Translations under genes and position numbers: made by a program
Notes under the pieces: model-generated
The model's input: the letters and a program-made list of their open reading frames with translations, nothing else
Databases searched by the model: none
What the model was told of the DNA's origin: nothing
NCBI GenBank assembly: GCA_963666215.2
Contig: CAXWPL010000005.1
Span: 1,115,818-1,179,817, forward strand
Reading direction: 5' to 3'
Origin: Acidobacteriota bacterium
GTDB lineage: Bacteria; Acidobacteriota; UBA890; WLXD01
DNA: 64,000 nucleotides
Part shown: positions 36,588 through 46,222 of the stretch, piece by piece
Position numbering within the stretch: position 1 is the first letter of the stretch
Layout: the number at the start of each line of letters is the position of its first letter

Positions 36588-37862
36588 ATGGCGCCCCGGC
36601 GAGAGCTGTTTGCCTGGTGCACGTTCGACTTCGCCAACTCCGGCTACACCACCGTCATCATCACGGCGGTTTTCAACGCCTACTTCGTTGCCGTTGTAGC
36701 CGAAGGGCGTCCCGAAGCGACCTTCCTCTGGACGCTCGCATTGGCCGTCTCGTACACGCTCGTGCTGGTGAGTGCCCCCGTGGTTGGCGCCATCGCCGAC
36801 TTCTCGGCAACCAAGAAGCGCTTTCTCGCCTGGACGACCTCGCTCTGTGTTCTATCGACGGCGGCGCTCTATCTGGTCGGCCCGGGCGATCTGTGGCTTG
36901 CGGCGGTGCTAATCATCCTTTCCAACACCTTCTACGCCGCCGGTGAGAACCTCATCGCCGCCTTCCTACCGGAGCTGGCACCGCCGGAAGATCTCGGACG
37001 GCTCTCCGGATACGGCTGGGCCTGGGGCTACGTCGGCGGGCTGCTCTCGCTCGGTCTTTGTCTCCTGTACCTCCGCTGGGCAGACAGCAGCGGTATCGCC
37101 ACCGTCGACGCGGTACCGGTCACCAATCTGATTGTTGCCGCGCTCTTCGGGCTGTCGGCGCTGCCGACCTTTCTGTGGCTGCCGGAGCGCAGCAAGCAAG
37201 CCACGCTCGGCAGCGCCTCGAAGTATGTGGCGATGGGATTCGCGCGCCTGCGCAACACCTGGCACGAGGCACAGCGATTCGCCGACCTGCGCCAGCTGCT
37301 CGTTTGCCTGTTCACCTACCATTGCGGGATCAATGTGGTCACGACGCTGGCGGCGGTCTTCGCCCAGCAGACGCTCGGCTTCAGCACCGAGGAAACCATC
37401 CAACTGGTGCTCGTGGTCAACGTCAGTGCCGCGGCTGGAGCCTTCGTGTTTGGCCCGATCCAGGATCGCATCGGATCGAAGAAGACGATCGCCATCACTC
37501 TTGTGCTGTGGACGATCACGGCACTTGGCGCGGCGGCCGTACAGAACAAGTGGCAGCTGTTGGTCATCGGCAACCTGGCCGGCCTGGCGATTGGTTCGAG
37601 CCAGTCGGCGGGGCGCGCGATGGTGGCACTGTTCGCGCCGGCCTCGAAGACAGCCGAGTTCTTCGGTCTGTGGGGCCTGGCGATCAAATCGTCGTCGGTG
37701 GTCGGACCGCTGACCTATGGACTGCTCACGCTGCTGACGGGCTCTCACCGGCTGGCGGTGGTCGTGACGAGCGTTTTCTTCATTGTCGGGCTCGTGCTGC
37801 TGCGCCCCATCGACGAGGCGCGCGGACGGCGCGCCGCACTGGCCTACGACGAAGCCGGCTGA
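36588..37862 (+). CDS. MFS transporter (UMF1/Atg22-like)
   Basis: The start MAPRRELFAWCTFDFANSGYTTVIITAVFNAYF is at 36588. About 12 TM helices are present. Confidence 0.8.
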   Translation: MAPRRELFAWCTFDFANSGYTTVIITAVFNAYFVAVVAEGRPEATFLWTLALAVSYTLVLVSAPVVGAIADFSATKKRFLAWTTSLCVLSTAALYLVGPGDLWLAAVLIILSNTFYAAGENLIAAFLPELAPPEDLGRLSGYGWAWGYVGGLLSLGLCLLYLRWADSSGIATVDAVPVTNLIVAALFGLSALPTFLWLPERSKQATLGSASKYVAMGFARLRNTWHEAQRFADLRQLLVCLFTYHCGINVVTTLAAVFAQQTLGFSTEETIQLVLVVNVSAAAGAFVFGPIQDRIGSKKTIAITLVLWTITALGAAAVQNKWQLLVIGNLAGLAIGSSQSAGRAMVALFAPASKTAEFFGLWGLAIKSSSVVGPLTYGLLTLLTGSHRLAVVVTSVFFIVGLVLLRPIDEARGRRAALAYDEAG

Positions 37863-40800
37863 TCGCTCGGCTGGAGGACCGGCGCGGTAACGCGTCGCGA
37901 CCGCTCGTCGACGCAGTAGCGGTTCTTTCCCGACGTCTTGGCGGCGTACATGGCCTCGTCCGCGCGTCGAACCAGGTCCTCGTGGAGCTCTTTCGAATAG
38001 CGCTCGGGCGTACCGACGGCTGCCACACCCACCGAAATCGTCACCTGGGCGCGCGCCCCGTTGAGCTGCAGCCGCGTCCGCTCCACGTCGGCACGGATCT
38101 TCTCGGCCAGGAGGCTGGCACCGTTCACTCCGGTGTTCGGCAGCATGATGGCGAACTCCTCGCCGCCGTAACGCGCGGCCAGATCGCTGGCGCGCACGCC
38201 ATAGGCCAGACGCGCGGCGATGCGGCGCAGCGCCTCATCACCTGCGGCGTGACCCAGCCGGTCGTTGATCAACTTGAAGTTGTCGAGATCGATGACTAAC
38301 ACCGACAGCACCCCGCTCGCGCCAAGGCGCGACATGCGCCGCAGCTCGCGCTCCAGGTTCTCCATGAAAAAGCGACGGTTCGGCAGGTTCGTGAGCTCAT
38401 CGGTAGTCGCCATGCGCTCGAGCAAAGCGTTCTTTTCGACCAGCTCGCGTGTTCGCCGATCGACCATCTCACGCAACCGCAACCGCTCTTCCTCGACGCT
38501 GCGAACGCGACGCGCCACCCAGGCCGCAACCAAGCCCAGCGCGAGCAACACACCCAGTCCACGGAACCAGGCCGTTTCGTGGAGCGCCGGACTTGACTCG
38601 AAGCTCACCTCCGCGGGCACCGCGCTCCAGATCCCGTCGGGCGATATCGCCTGCACCTGCAGCGTGTAGTCGCCCGGCGCCAGGCCGGCGAAGCTCACCC
38701 CCACCTCACGACTCGGGCTCGACCAGCGCTCCGAGCGCCCCAACAGCCGGTAGGAGTAACGCATGCTCTCCTGATCGCGGAATGACAGCGCTCCAAACTC
38801 CACGCGCACGTCGTTGACATCGGGAGACAGCTTCAGCGCATCATCACCGGGCCGCCACGCTGCCATCTCGCCATCCACGAAAACCGCGCGCACCAGTACC
38901 TTCGGGGCGGCCGACACCGACGGCCCACTCTGGTCGCCTTGGAAGAGCGCAAGTCCCCGCGGTGTGCCAAACCACAGGCCCCCACTGGAGTCGCGTAGTC
39001 CTGCTGCCGGGTTGCCCGCGCTGTCGCCAAGCCCGTCTTGCAGATCGAAGTGCGTGAGCCCCACTTGTGGGTCCCAGCGATCGAGGCCGCGATTGGTGAA
39101 CAGCCACACCCGGCCGCGGCTCCCCACAACAACCTGATGGACGAAATCGTTGGCCAGCCCGGAAAGCGCGCGGGTGAGACGTACGATCTCCCCGGTGGAG
39201 GAAAACCGCAGCGCACCGAGTCCGTTGGTCGCCGCCCACACGGAGCCGTCGTCGCCCGCGGCCAGCGACCAAACGGTAGTGCTCTCGAGCTCGCTGTCGT
39301 CCTCGATTGAAGAGAAGTGCGACCCGTTCTGACGGAAGATGCCCCTCGCCTTGGTCGCAACCCACAGCCGCTGCCTGGAATCGACCACCAAGTCGGCAAT
39401 CCGTACACCGTCGAGATCTTCGCTCCCCGACGGCTTCGTCAGTCGACCAGCGGACAGCAGCGCGAGGCCGGCTGATGTCCCCACCCACACGTCGTCACCC
39501 GACGCGGCTGCAAGCGCCGTGACCTTCTCGGATGGCAGGCCATCGGCGACGCCCCAACGCTGACGCAACCTCCCGGAGCGGCGGCGAACGAGGCCTCTCT
39601 CGGTGCCGAGGAGCATCGAGCCATCTGGGCGTCCCAGCAGCACTGTCGTGGGCTGCGCCGCCGCGGAGTCGGCTGTGGTTCCTTCGAGCCCGGGAACCGT
39701 GCCCACATCGAAGCCGACCTGATGCGGCGACGCCGTTAGCCGCCTCACACCGCCAGGAGTCGATATCCAGATCGCGCCGGCGGAATCCTCGGCGACGTCG
39801 ATGACGGATGGATGCGGCAAACCGTCGGCCAGCGTGAAGTGAGCGAAGTCGCGCCTCGTCAGATGCACCATTCCTTCGTCCGTGGCCACCCAGATGTTGT
39901 CCTCGAGATCGACCAGAAGGGCGTTCGCGAGACTCGACGTCTGACCCGGAACGCCAACGAGCTCCACGCTCTCAAAGCGGCCGCGATGCCGCCGGACAAC
40001 GCCTTGACTCGTCGCCAGCCACAACGACCCGTCCGACTGACGCACTGCGGCGCCAACGACTGGCGGTCGCTCGGCGGCACCGAGCAACTCGCCTCCCCAC
40101 TCCCGCGCTTGGATCGGCTCGAGCCGATCGCCACCTGGCGAAAGCCTCGCCAGCCCGCCCGCGGACCCCGCCCAGATGACGCCGGCGTCGTCTTCGACGA
40201 GCGCCACGACAGGGGACTGCGCCGCTCGGTCGGATCGGGACATCTCGATTTGGCGAAGACGACTGGCGGAGCGGTCGAGCACCGCCAAGCCGGCGGAGGA
40301 CCCCACCCACAATCGTCCGGCCGTATCGAGCAGCAAGGATCTGGCGGGGTCGGAAGGCACGCCGTCGGCGCCCCCCAAGAGGCGCGCCCCGTCGGCCGTC
40401 AGATGCCAGAGCCCTGTCGAAGTCGCTGCCCAGACCTCGCCACCGGGCTCGTCTGTCGCTGAGTCCGAGACCACCAGCGCGTCCACGCGCCCAACCCCCG
40501 ACCAGCCAAAGCCGTCTGTCCAGTAGGTCGACGCATCCCGGGCGCTGTCGGACAGATCGCGAGAACCACCGTCGGGCGCTGCCTCATCACCACCGGCCGA
40601 GGCTGCGGCCTCCGCGACCCGTCGGTCGCCCTGTCCCGCCGGCGCAGACAATGCCGAGCGCGGAGCGAAGAGCATCACGTCGTCGCTCGTGCCCACCACC
40701 ACGCCGCCTCCCGGAAGCGACGCGAGCGCCCCGACCCGGTTGCCCGGGAGTCCGTCGGCGGTCGTGAAGACGCGGAAGGCGCTGCCGTCGAAACGTGCCA

Positions 40801-40966
40801 GCCCCGCCGTGGTGCCGGCCCATACATATCCCTCCTCGTCCTGCGCGAGCGACAGCACCTTGGGAGCCGGCAGTCCGTCGGCAGCCCCGTAGGGAGCCGT
40901 CGTTGCCAGGCGCGCCGAAGGCAAGCAGACCTGTGGCGGGAAGAATCTTTTGCACATTTTTGACAT
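37844..40966 (-). CDS. sensor diguanylate cyclase: beta-propeller (two-component regulator propeller / Y_Y_Y-type) periplasmic region, TM helix, GGDEF domain
   Basis: 1040 aa with many W-x-G/A-T-x-x-G-L propeller repeats. The TM helix is WFRGLGVLLALGLVAAWVA, followed by a coiled coil. The GGDEF domain has RYGGEEF and an I-site RASD five residues upstream. Confidence 0.85.
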   Translation of the reverse strand: MSKMCKRFFPPQVCLPSARLATTAPYGAADGLPAPKVLSLAQDEEGYVWAGTTAGLARFDGSAFRVFTTADGLPGNRVGALASLPGGGVVVGTSDDVMLFAPRSALSAPAGQGDRRVAEAAASAGGDEAAPDGGSRDLSDSARDASTYWTDGFGWSGVGRVDALVVSDSATDEPGGEVWAATSTGLWHLTADGARLLGGADGVPSDPARSLLLDTAGRLWVGSSAGLAVLDRSASRLRQIEMSRSDRAAQSPVVALVEDDAGVIWAGSAGGLARLSPGGDRLEPIQAREWGGELLGAAERPPVVGAAVRQSDGSLWLATSQGVVRRHRGRFESVELVGVPGQTSSLANALLVDLEDNIWVATDEGMVHLTRRDFAHFTLADGLPHPSVIDVAEDSAGAIWISTPGGVRRLTASPHQVGFDVGTVPGLEGTTADSAAAQPTTVLLGRPDGSMLLGTERGLVRRRSGRLRQRWGVADGLPSEKVTALAAASGDDVWVGTSAGLALLSAGRLTKPSGSEDLDGVRIADLVVDSRQRLWVATKARGIFRQNGSHFSSIEDDSELESTTVWSLAAGDDGSVWAATNGLGALRFSSTGEIVRLTRALSGLANDFVHQVVVGSRGRVWLFTNRGLDRWDPQVGLTHFDLQDGLGDSAGNPAAGLRDSSGGLWFGTPRGLALFQGDQSGPSVSAAPKVLVRAVFVDGEMAAWRPGDDALKLSPDVNDVRVEFGALSFRDQESMRYSYRLLGRSERWSSPSREVGVSFAGLAPGDYTLQVQAISPDGIWSAVPAEVSFESSPALHETAWFRGLGVLLALGLVAAWVARRVRSVEEERLRLREMVDRRTRELVEKNALLERMATTDELTNLPNRRFFMENLERELRRMSRLGASGVLSVLVIDLDNFKLINDRLGHAAGDEALRRIAARLAYGVRASDLAARYGGEEFAIMLPNTGVNGASLLAEKIRADVERTRLQLNGARAQVTISVGVAAVGTPERYSKELHEDLVRRADEAMYAAKTSGKNRYCVDERSRRVTAPVLQPSDQPASS

Positions 40967-41239
40967 GCCTAGCCAGGTCCGGACATTTTTGGATATTTCC
41001 GGATAAGCCTAGTTAAGTTTGGACATGATTATCTATGTAATAATTAGCATGTCTGACTATTATTAATCAATCCGATACCTGGATGGCTATCGTCGACGAG
41101 AAATCTCGTCTCCCGAGGAAGCCGCGCATTCCGTGCAATCGCCGCCCCGTTCTTGCTAGACTCCGGCCGCATCCGAAGCCGCTGGGCCACACCGGCTCGC
41201 GCCACGCCGGCGCAGGCCACCCACGAGAAGCACCGATCG
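40967..41239. promoter_or_regulatory. AT-rich divergent control region with repeated TTTGNACAT-like motifs and a TAATAAT-N14-ATTATTA inverted repeat
   Basis: Motifs GACAT/GGACAT/GGATAT recur from 40951 to 41026. The inverted repeat is at 41038-41044 / 41059-41065. This is the lowest-GC stretch in the window. Confidence 0.35.
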
Positions 41240-43042
41240 ATGACGGCCGCCACACCCCTTCTGTTGTCCCCTCCGCCCTGCACCTCACACGCTGCCAGGC
41301 GGTCTCCACGGCCAAACCGAGGCGCTTGGACCCGCGGAGCCGCGGCGCTGATGCTCGGATTCGCCGCCCTCGCATGCGCCGACCCCGGACCGCCGCCCGA
41401 TCCGGCCGACCTGGTGTTGCTGCACGGCAAGGTCGTCACGGTGGACGATGAATTGCCGGAGGCGCAGGCAATAGCTGTGTTGGGCGACACCATCCAGGCT
41501 GTCGGCGGCGACGCCGAGATCGAGCGGTACGTCGGAGAAGACACCGAGGTGATCGACCTCGAGGGCAGGCTCGTGATCCCGGGCTTGATCGAGGGGCACG
41601 GCCATCTGATGGGCCTGGGCTCATCGCTGATGAACCTCGACCTGATGGACTCGACGTCGTACGAGGACATCGTCGTGCGTGTTGAACAATCGGTCGCCGA
41701 CCTCGAGCCCGGCGCCTGGCTACTGGGTCGAGGCTGGCACCAGAGCAAGTGGGACCGGGTACCCGAACCCGTGGTGCGTGGATTCCAGACACACGACTGG
41801 CTCAGCGAAGTCACGCCGAACAACCCGGTGTACCTGACGCACGCCAGCGGGCACGCCGGGTTCGCCAACGCCAAGGCGATGGAGCTGGCCGGCGTGACCC
41901 CCGACACCGAGTCGCCACCCGGTGGGGAGATCATCAAGGACGAGGACGGAAACCCCACGGGAATCTTCGTTGAAACGGCCCAGCGCCTGATTCGAAGCGC
42001 GCGTGCGGAGGCCGATGCCGAGCTGAATGAAGAACAACGCTACGAGCGCTCGCGACACGAGCTACGCCTGGCGATCGGCGAAACGATCCGCAACGGCATC
42101 ACGACCTTCCACGATGCAGGCGCGGGCGCCAACACCATCGACCTCTACAAGGACGCGCTCGCGGACGGAGAGCTCGACATCCGGCTGTACGTGATGCTGC
42201 GGGCCGGTGTCGACGAGATGCCCGACTTGCTGCCTCGCCTGCGAGCCATCGGACTCGGCGACGATCACCTCACGGTCCGGGCGATCAAGCTCGGCATCGA
42301 CGGCGCGCTCGGCCCGCGAGGCGCTTGGTTGCTCGAGCCCTACGAGGACGACGTCGGCACCTCCGGCTTCAACACGACACCCATCGAGCGCATCGAACGC
42401 GTCGCGGCTCTGGCGCTCGAGCACGGGTATCAGCTGTGCGTTCACGCCATCGGCGATCGCGCCAACCGCACCGTGCTCGACATCTACGAAGCCGCGTTCG
42501 AGGCCGATCCCGAGGCGGCGCGCGACGCGCGCTTTCGCATCGAGCACTCGCAGTTGCTAGCGCCAAGCGACGTACCGCGCTTCGATGAGATGAACGTGAT
42601 CGCCTCGATGGAAGGCGTCCACGCCACTTCCGACGGCCCCTGGACCCCCGATCGTCTGGGCCACGAGCGCACCCAGGAACGCGCCTATCAATTCCGCGCC
42701 CTCACCGACTCCGGCGCCATCATCATGAATGGCACCGACGTCCCCGTAGAGCGCATCGACCCGATGGCCTCGTTCGCCGCCACCTTCAGCCTGGTCATGA
42801 ACAACGGCGAGGTTCTCAACGAGTCGCAGCGGTTGACGCGGCAAGAAACGTTACGCAGCTACACCCTTAACGCGGCGTACGGCGCTTTCGAGGAGGACAT
42901 CAAGGGCTCCATCACCGTTGGCAAGCTCGCCGATCTGACCGTGTTGTCGGCCGACATCCTTACGGTGCCCACCGAGGAAGTGCTGAGCGCTCGTGCGCTT
43001 TACACCATCGTGGGCGGCAAAGTTGTCTACCGAGCGCAGTAG
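41240..43042 (+). CDS. amidohydrolase-family (Amidohydro_3-like) metal-dependent hydrolase, lipoprotein/secreted
   Basis: The signal is AAALMLGFAALACADPG. Then come LLHGKVVTVDD, LVIPGLIEGHGHL, CVHAIGDRA, and the C-terminal LADLTVLSADILTVP...TIVGGKVVY. Confidence 0.85.
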   Translation: MTAATPLLLSPPPCTSHAARRSPRPNRGAWTRGAAALMLGFAALACADPGPPPDPADLVLLHGKVVTVDDELPEAQAIAVLGDTIQAVGGDAEIERYVGEDTEVIDLEGRLVIPGLIEGHGHLMGLGSSLMNLDLMDSTSYEDIVVRVEQSVADLEPGAWLLGRGWHQSKWDRVPEPVVRGFQTHDWLSEVTPNNPVYLTHASGHAGFANAKAMELAGVTPDTESPPGGEIIKDEDGNPTGIFVETAQRLIRSARAEADAELNEEQRYERSRHELRLAIGETIRNGITTFHDAGAGANTIDLYKDALADGELDIRLYVMLRAGVDEMPDLLPRLRAIGLGDDHLTVRAIKLGIDGALGPRGAWLLEPYEDDVGTSGFNTTPIERIERVAALALEHGYQLCVHAIGDRANRTVLDIYEAAFEADPEAARDARFRIEHSQLLAPSDVPRFDEMNVIASMEGVHATSDGPWTPDRLGHERTQERAYQFRALTDSGAIIMNGTDVPVERIDPMASFAATFSLVMNNGEVLNESQRLTRQETLRSYTLNAAYGAFEEDIKGSITVGKLADLTVLSADILTVPTEEVLSARALYTIVGGKVVYRAQ

Positions 43043-43055
43043 CCGCGAGTAGAAT

Positions 43056-43370
43056 GTGTCGATGGAAGACGCTTCAACGCCTCAGCCGCATGACTCGTCG
43101 GAGGGCCCCGAGATGCGCCGCCTGCTCGAGCCGCTCGAGCTGCAGCGCATCATCGAAGCGGCCATCCCCGACTCCCAGGTGCTGGTCACAGACCTGACGG
43201 GCACGCGCGATCACTACCGCGTGGAGGTGGTGTCGCCGGTGTTCGAGGGCAAGCCGCTGGTGCAGCAGCACCAAATTGTCTACCGGGCGGTGGGCGATCA
43301 CATGACGAACGCCGTACACGCCCTGCAAATCAGGACCGCCGCGAAGATTCCCAAAAACAACCTCCCGTAA
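43056..43370 (+). CDS. BolA-family protein
   Basis: VTDLTGTRDHYRVEVVSPVFEGKPLVQQHQIVYRAVGDHMTNAVHALQIRT is present. The start is GTG 43056 or ATG 43062. Confidence 0.8.
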   Translation: MSMEDASTPQPHDSSEGPEMRRLLEPLELQRIIEAAIPDSQVLVTDLTGTRDHYRVEVVSPVFEGKPLVQQHQIVYRAVGDHMTNAVHALQIRTAAKIPKNNLP

Positions 43371-43391
43371 CTCGATACCAGAGAGCTGAAG

Positions 43392-43769
43392 ATGATCGAA
43401 GCCCTGCAAGAGCAAATCAAACAAGAAATCGCCGGTAGCCGCGTGCACCTCTACATGAAGGGCACACCCGACATGCCGCAGTGCGGGTTTTCAAAGGCCT
43501 CCTGCGACGTGTTTCGCGCCATCGGCGTCGACTTCACCGCCACCAACGTTCTCTTGAATCTCGACGGCTATCGAGCGGCGCTTGGCGCGATGACCAGCTG
43601 GCCAACGATTCCGCAAATCTTCGTCGACGGCGAGTTCATCGGTGGCTCCGACATCCTGATCGAGATGTTCCAAAAGGGCGAGATCCAGCAGATGCTGGCC
43701 ACGACGGGTTCGGCGGCTGCCGACACCGAGCAGGCTGAGCCGGAGGCCGCCGCGCAGCCAGCGCACTAA
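43392..43769 (+). CDS. grxD: Grx4-type monothiol glutaredoxin
   Basis: MKGTPDMPQCGFS (CGFS active site), WPTIPQIFVDGEFIGGSDI. It sits in the classical pairing with BolA. Confidence 0.9.
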   Translation: MIEALQEQIKQEIAGSRVHLYMKGTPDMPQCGFSKASCDVFRAIGVDFTATNVLLNLDGYRAALGAMTSWPTIPQIFVDGEFIGGSDILIEMFQKGEIQQMLATTGSAAADTEQAEPEAAAQPAH

Positions 43770-43818
43770 GTACCCTGGGCAAGAGTCTGGAGCCCGAGCC
43801 GAGAAACAGAGGCCCATC

Positions 43819-44694
43819 GTGCCGCGGCTGGCCGTCCTACTCGAGGCAGCACGGGCGTTCGGCCTGGCTCTGTTGTCGGCAGCCAAGCGCTTCTGGGTGC
43901 ACAACTGCTTCAACGACTGCGCCGCGATCTCTTTCTACGCGATGCTGTCGATTGTTCCCTTCGTGGGACTCGCCACCGCTGTGGTCACACGGCTGATCGG
44001 CCAGCCAGCCTCGGCCATCGGCACCCAGTTGCAGCGAGCTGGCGTGGTGATGCCTGAGTTTGCACCCCAGCTCGACGCCGCCGTCGATACGATGATGCGG
44101 CAGAGTACGAGCATCGGGATTGTGTCGCTCGTCGTCGCCATCTGGTTTTCGGGGCTGGTGTTCTCCTCCGTGCAGACCGCCTTCGACCGCATCTTCCACA
44201 CCACCCACCCGCCGATTTGGGGCACCATCAAGCCGCGCTTGGTGGCACTCGGCGCGGCGGTGCTACTGATTCTGGGGTTCTTCTTCAACACCGCCATGTC
44301 GCTGCTGCGCAGCGTCGATCAGCCGACCGCGACGCGCGCGATCACCTTCGTTGACAACCTGCCATATCGCGCCCTGCTGTCGTCGTTCCTGCTCGACGCG
44401 CTGGTCTTCATGGTGATCCTGTACGCGCTGCCACCGCTGAAAACGAGACCGAGATCGATCATCGTCTCGTCGCTCGTGGGAACGCTCGGGTGGCGTGCTG
44501 CGCGCGTCGGCTTTGGCTACTACCTGGGCTACGCAACCTCACAGATCACGTTCACGGGCTCGGCTGCCGCGGCGCTGATCTTCATGCTGTGGATCTACTA
44601 CGCCGCCTTCGTCCTGCTCTTCTCGGCCGAGCTACTGGCCGCGCTCGATCGCAGCCGGCGAGAGCTGCAGAACGCTCCGATGCCGGCGATCTGA
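43819..44694 (+). CDS. YihY/BrkB-family membrane protein
   Basis: CAAISFYAMLSIVPF is present, with six TM helices and C-terminal YYAAFVLLFSAE. Confidence 0.8.
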   Translation: MPRLAVLLEAARAFGLALLSAAKRFWVHNCFNDCAAISFYAMLSIVPFVGLATAVVTRLIGQPASAIGTQLQRAGVVMPEFAPQLDAAVDTMMRQSTSIGIVSLVVAIWFSGLVFSSVQTAFDRIFHTTHPPIWGTIKPRLVALGAAVLLILGFFFNTAMSLLRSVDQPTATRAITFVDNLPYRALLSSFLLDALVFMVILYALPPLKTRPRSIIVSSLVGTLGWRAARVGFGYYLGYATSQITFTGSAAAALIFMLWIYYAAFVLLFSAELLAALDRSRRELQNAPMPAI

Positions 44695-44737
44695 AGGTGT
44701 GACCATGCGGCGGCACGCCGCTGACTGAGAGGTAGCG

Positions 44738-45583
44738 ATGGCGTACCAACATCTGGCCGGCAAAGTGGCTCTCGTTACCGGAGCGTCGGCGGGCATCGGC
44801 CGGGCGATCGCCGTTGAGCTTGCCCGCCGCACCGGCAAGGTGGCGTTGCTGGCGCGGCGGCGCGAGCGACTGCAGGAGCTGGCAGCGCAGATCGACGGCG
44901 TGGGCGGCGAATCGCTCGTGGTCGCCGGCGACGTCACCGATGACAACAGCGTCGCCGCCGCGGTCGCGGCCGTCGTCGACTCCTGGGGACGAATCGACAT
45001 CCTGGTGAACAACGCCGGCGCCGGAATGGTGGGGCCCCTCGAGACGGCGCCCGTCGCCGACGCCATGGCTCTCTTCAACCTCAATGTCATCGGCGGCCTG
45101 CGCACGATTCGCGAGGTCGTGCCGATCATGCGCCGTCAAGGTGAAAGCGCAGGTGGAGGCGCCGGGGCGATCGTGCAGATCGCCTCGGGCGCGGGCGTCA
45201 TCGGCATGCCGTTCAATGCCGTCTACAGCGGCACGAAGTTCGCCAACGTCGGCATGGCGCAGGCGCTCCGACTCGAGCTGCAGAAGACGGGCATCACCGT
45301 GCATTGCGTGTACCCCGTGGGCACCGAGACCGAGTTCCTCGAAGCCGCCACGCACCACATGGAGGGCCAGGAGTCTCGCCGCTTTTTCTCGAGCCGCACC
45401 TCAGGCAAGCAAACAGCCGAGCACGTCGCCGTCTGCACGGTTCGGGGAGTTGCCCGCGGAACGGCCGATATTTATCCCTACCCGCCGGTGCGAGCTATGC
45501 GGCTCCTGCAAGGGATCGCCCCGCGACTCACGGAGCGCCTCTCCGGGGTGGTCGCGTACCGCGACCGCCTGGCTGGCGACTGA
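44738..45583 (+). CDS. short-chain dehydrogenase/reductase (SDR)
   Basis: ALVTGASAGIGRA, NNAG and YSGTKFA (YxxxK) are present. GAGG precedes the ATG. Confidence 0.85.
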   Translation: MAYQHLAGKVALVTGASAGIGRAIAVELARRTGKVALLARRRERLQELAAQIDGVGGESLVVAGDVTDDNSVAAAVAAVVDSWGRIDILVNNAGAGMVGPLETAPVADAMALFNLNVIGGLRTIREVVPIMRRQGESAGGGAGAIVQIASGAGVIGMPFNAVYSGTKFANVGMAQALRLELQKTGITVHCVYPVGTETEFLEAATHHMEGQESRRFFSSRTSGKQTAEHVAVCTVRGVARGTADIYPYPPVRAMRLLQGIAPRLTERLSGVVAYRDRLAGD

Positions 45584-45682
45584 CCCGCTCACGAGCTCTC
45601 GTGATGCCGCCCACTCCGAGCCAGGGCTGACTTCCCTCGATCGCGGCTCGACTCCGATCCGCAGCGGAGTCTGCGCCAGTAC

Positions 45683-46222
45683 CTAGTTGGGCCTGGAGCC
45701 CTCGAACGTCACGATCGCGGGCTTCCAGCCCATCGGCTCGGCGGCTATGCCGTGCTCGAGGCTTACGATCTCGGCCCGCTCCGGCGTGAACTCGATGAGC
45801 ACGTAGTCGTCGCCGCGGTTGGTGTCGAGATAGAAGGCGTCCCATTCGGGTTTCCAGTGGCTCGCCTTGTCATCGGGGTTGTCGATGATACGAGCACTGC
45901 CTATGAGCGTAACGTAGCCGCCGCCCGCGCGATCGAGGTAGTAGAGCGTGGCCCGCCGGTCGGCGCGGAGTTGGGCGACTTTCCGTGTGCCGCCGTTCGT
46001 TGCCATCCAGACTGTCAGGTCGCTCTCAGGAGGGAACGGATCCATGGCCCGGGCCTTCGGCTGTCCAGATTCGTCGAGCGTGATCAGGGCGCAGTTGCCA
46101 GCGGCGATCATCACCGCGCGGGTCACGGAAACCAGATCGTCTCGCTGCTGCTGGGGCATCGGGGCCTCCTGAGCCGACAGGCCAAGGAGTAGGGCCGGTG
46201 TCGCGAGCGCAAGCGCGCTCAC
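45683..46222 (-). CDS. pyridoxamine 5'-phosphate oxidase-like (general-stress-protein-26-type) FMN-binding split-barrel protein, with signal peptide
   Basis: GTG at 46222 overlaps the decarboxylase stop as GTGA. The signal is SALALATPALLLGLSAQEAP. The core reads CALITLDESGQPKARAMDPF ... VWMATNGGTRKVAQL ... ATLYY. Confidence 0.65.
   Translation of the reverse strand: MSALALATPALLLGLSAQEAPMPQQQRDDLVSVTRAVMIAAGNCALITLDESGQPKARAMDPFPPESDLTVWMATNGGTRKVAQLRADRRATLYYLDRAGGGYVTLIGSARIIDNPDDKASHWKPEWDAFYLDTNRGDDYVLIEFTPERAEIVSLEHGIAAEPMGWKPAIVTFEGSRPN

Noticed and set aside
40968-40978. The 11-mer CCTAGCCAGGT is shared between the GGDEF promoter region and the right flank of the IS481 element (54974-54984). 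This could be a second IS target or a footprint.
   Set aside because: Many 11-mer coincidences are expected by chance in 64 kb on both strands. No inverted-repeat remnant of the IS lies next to the 40968 copy.
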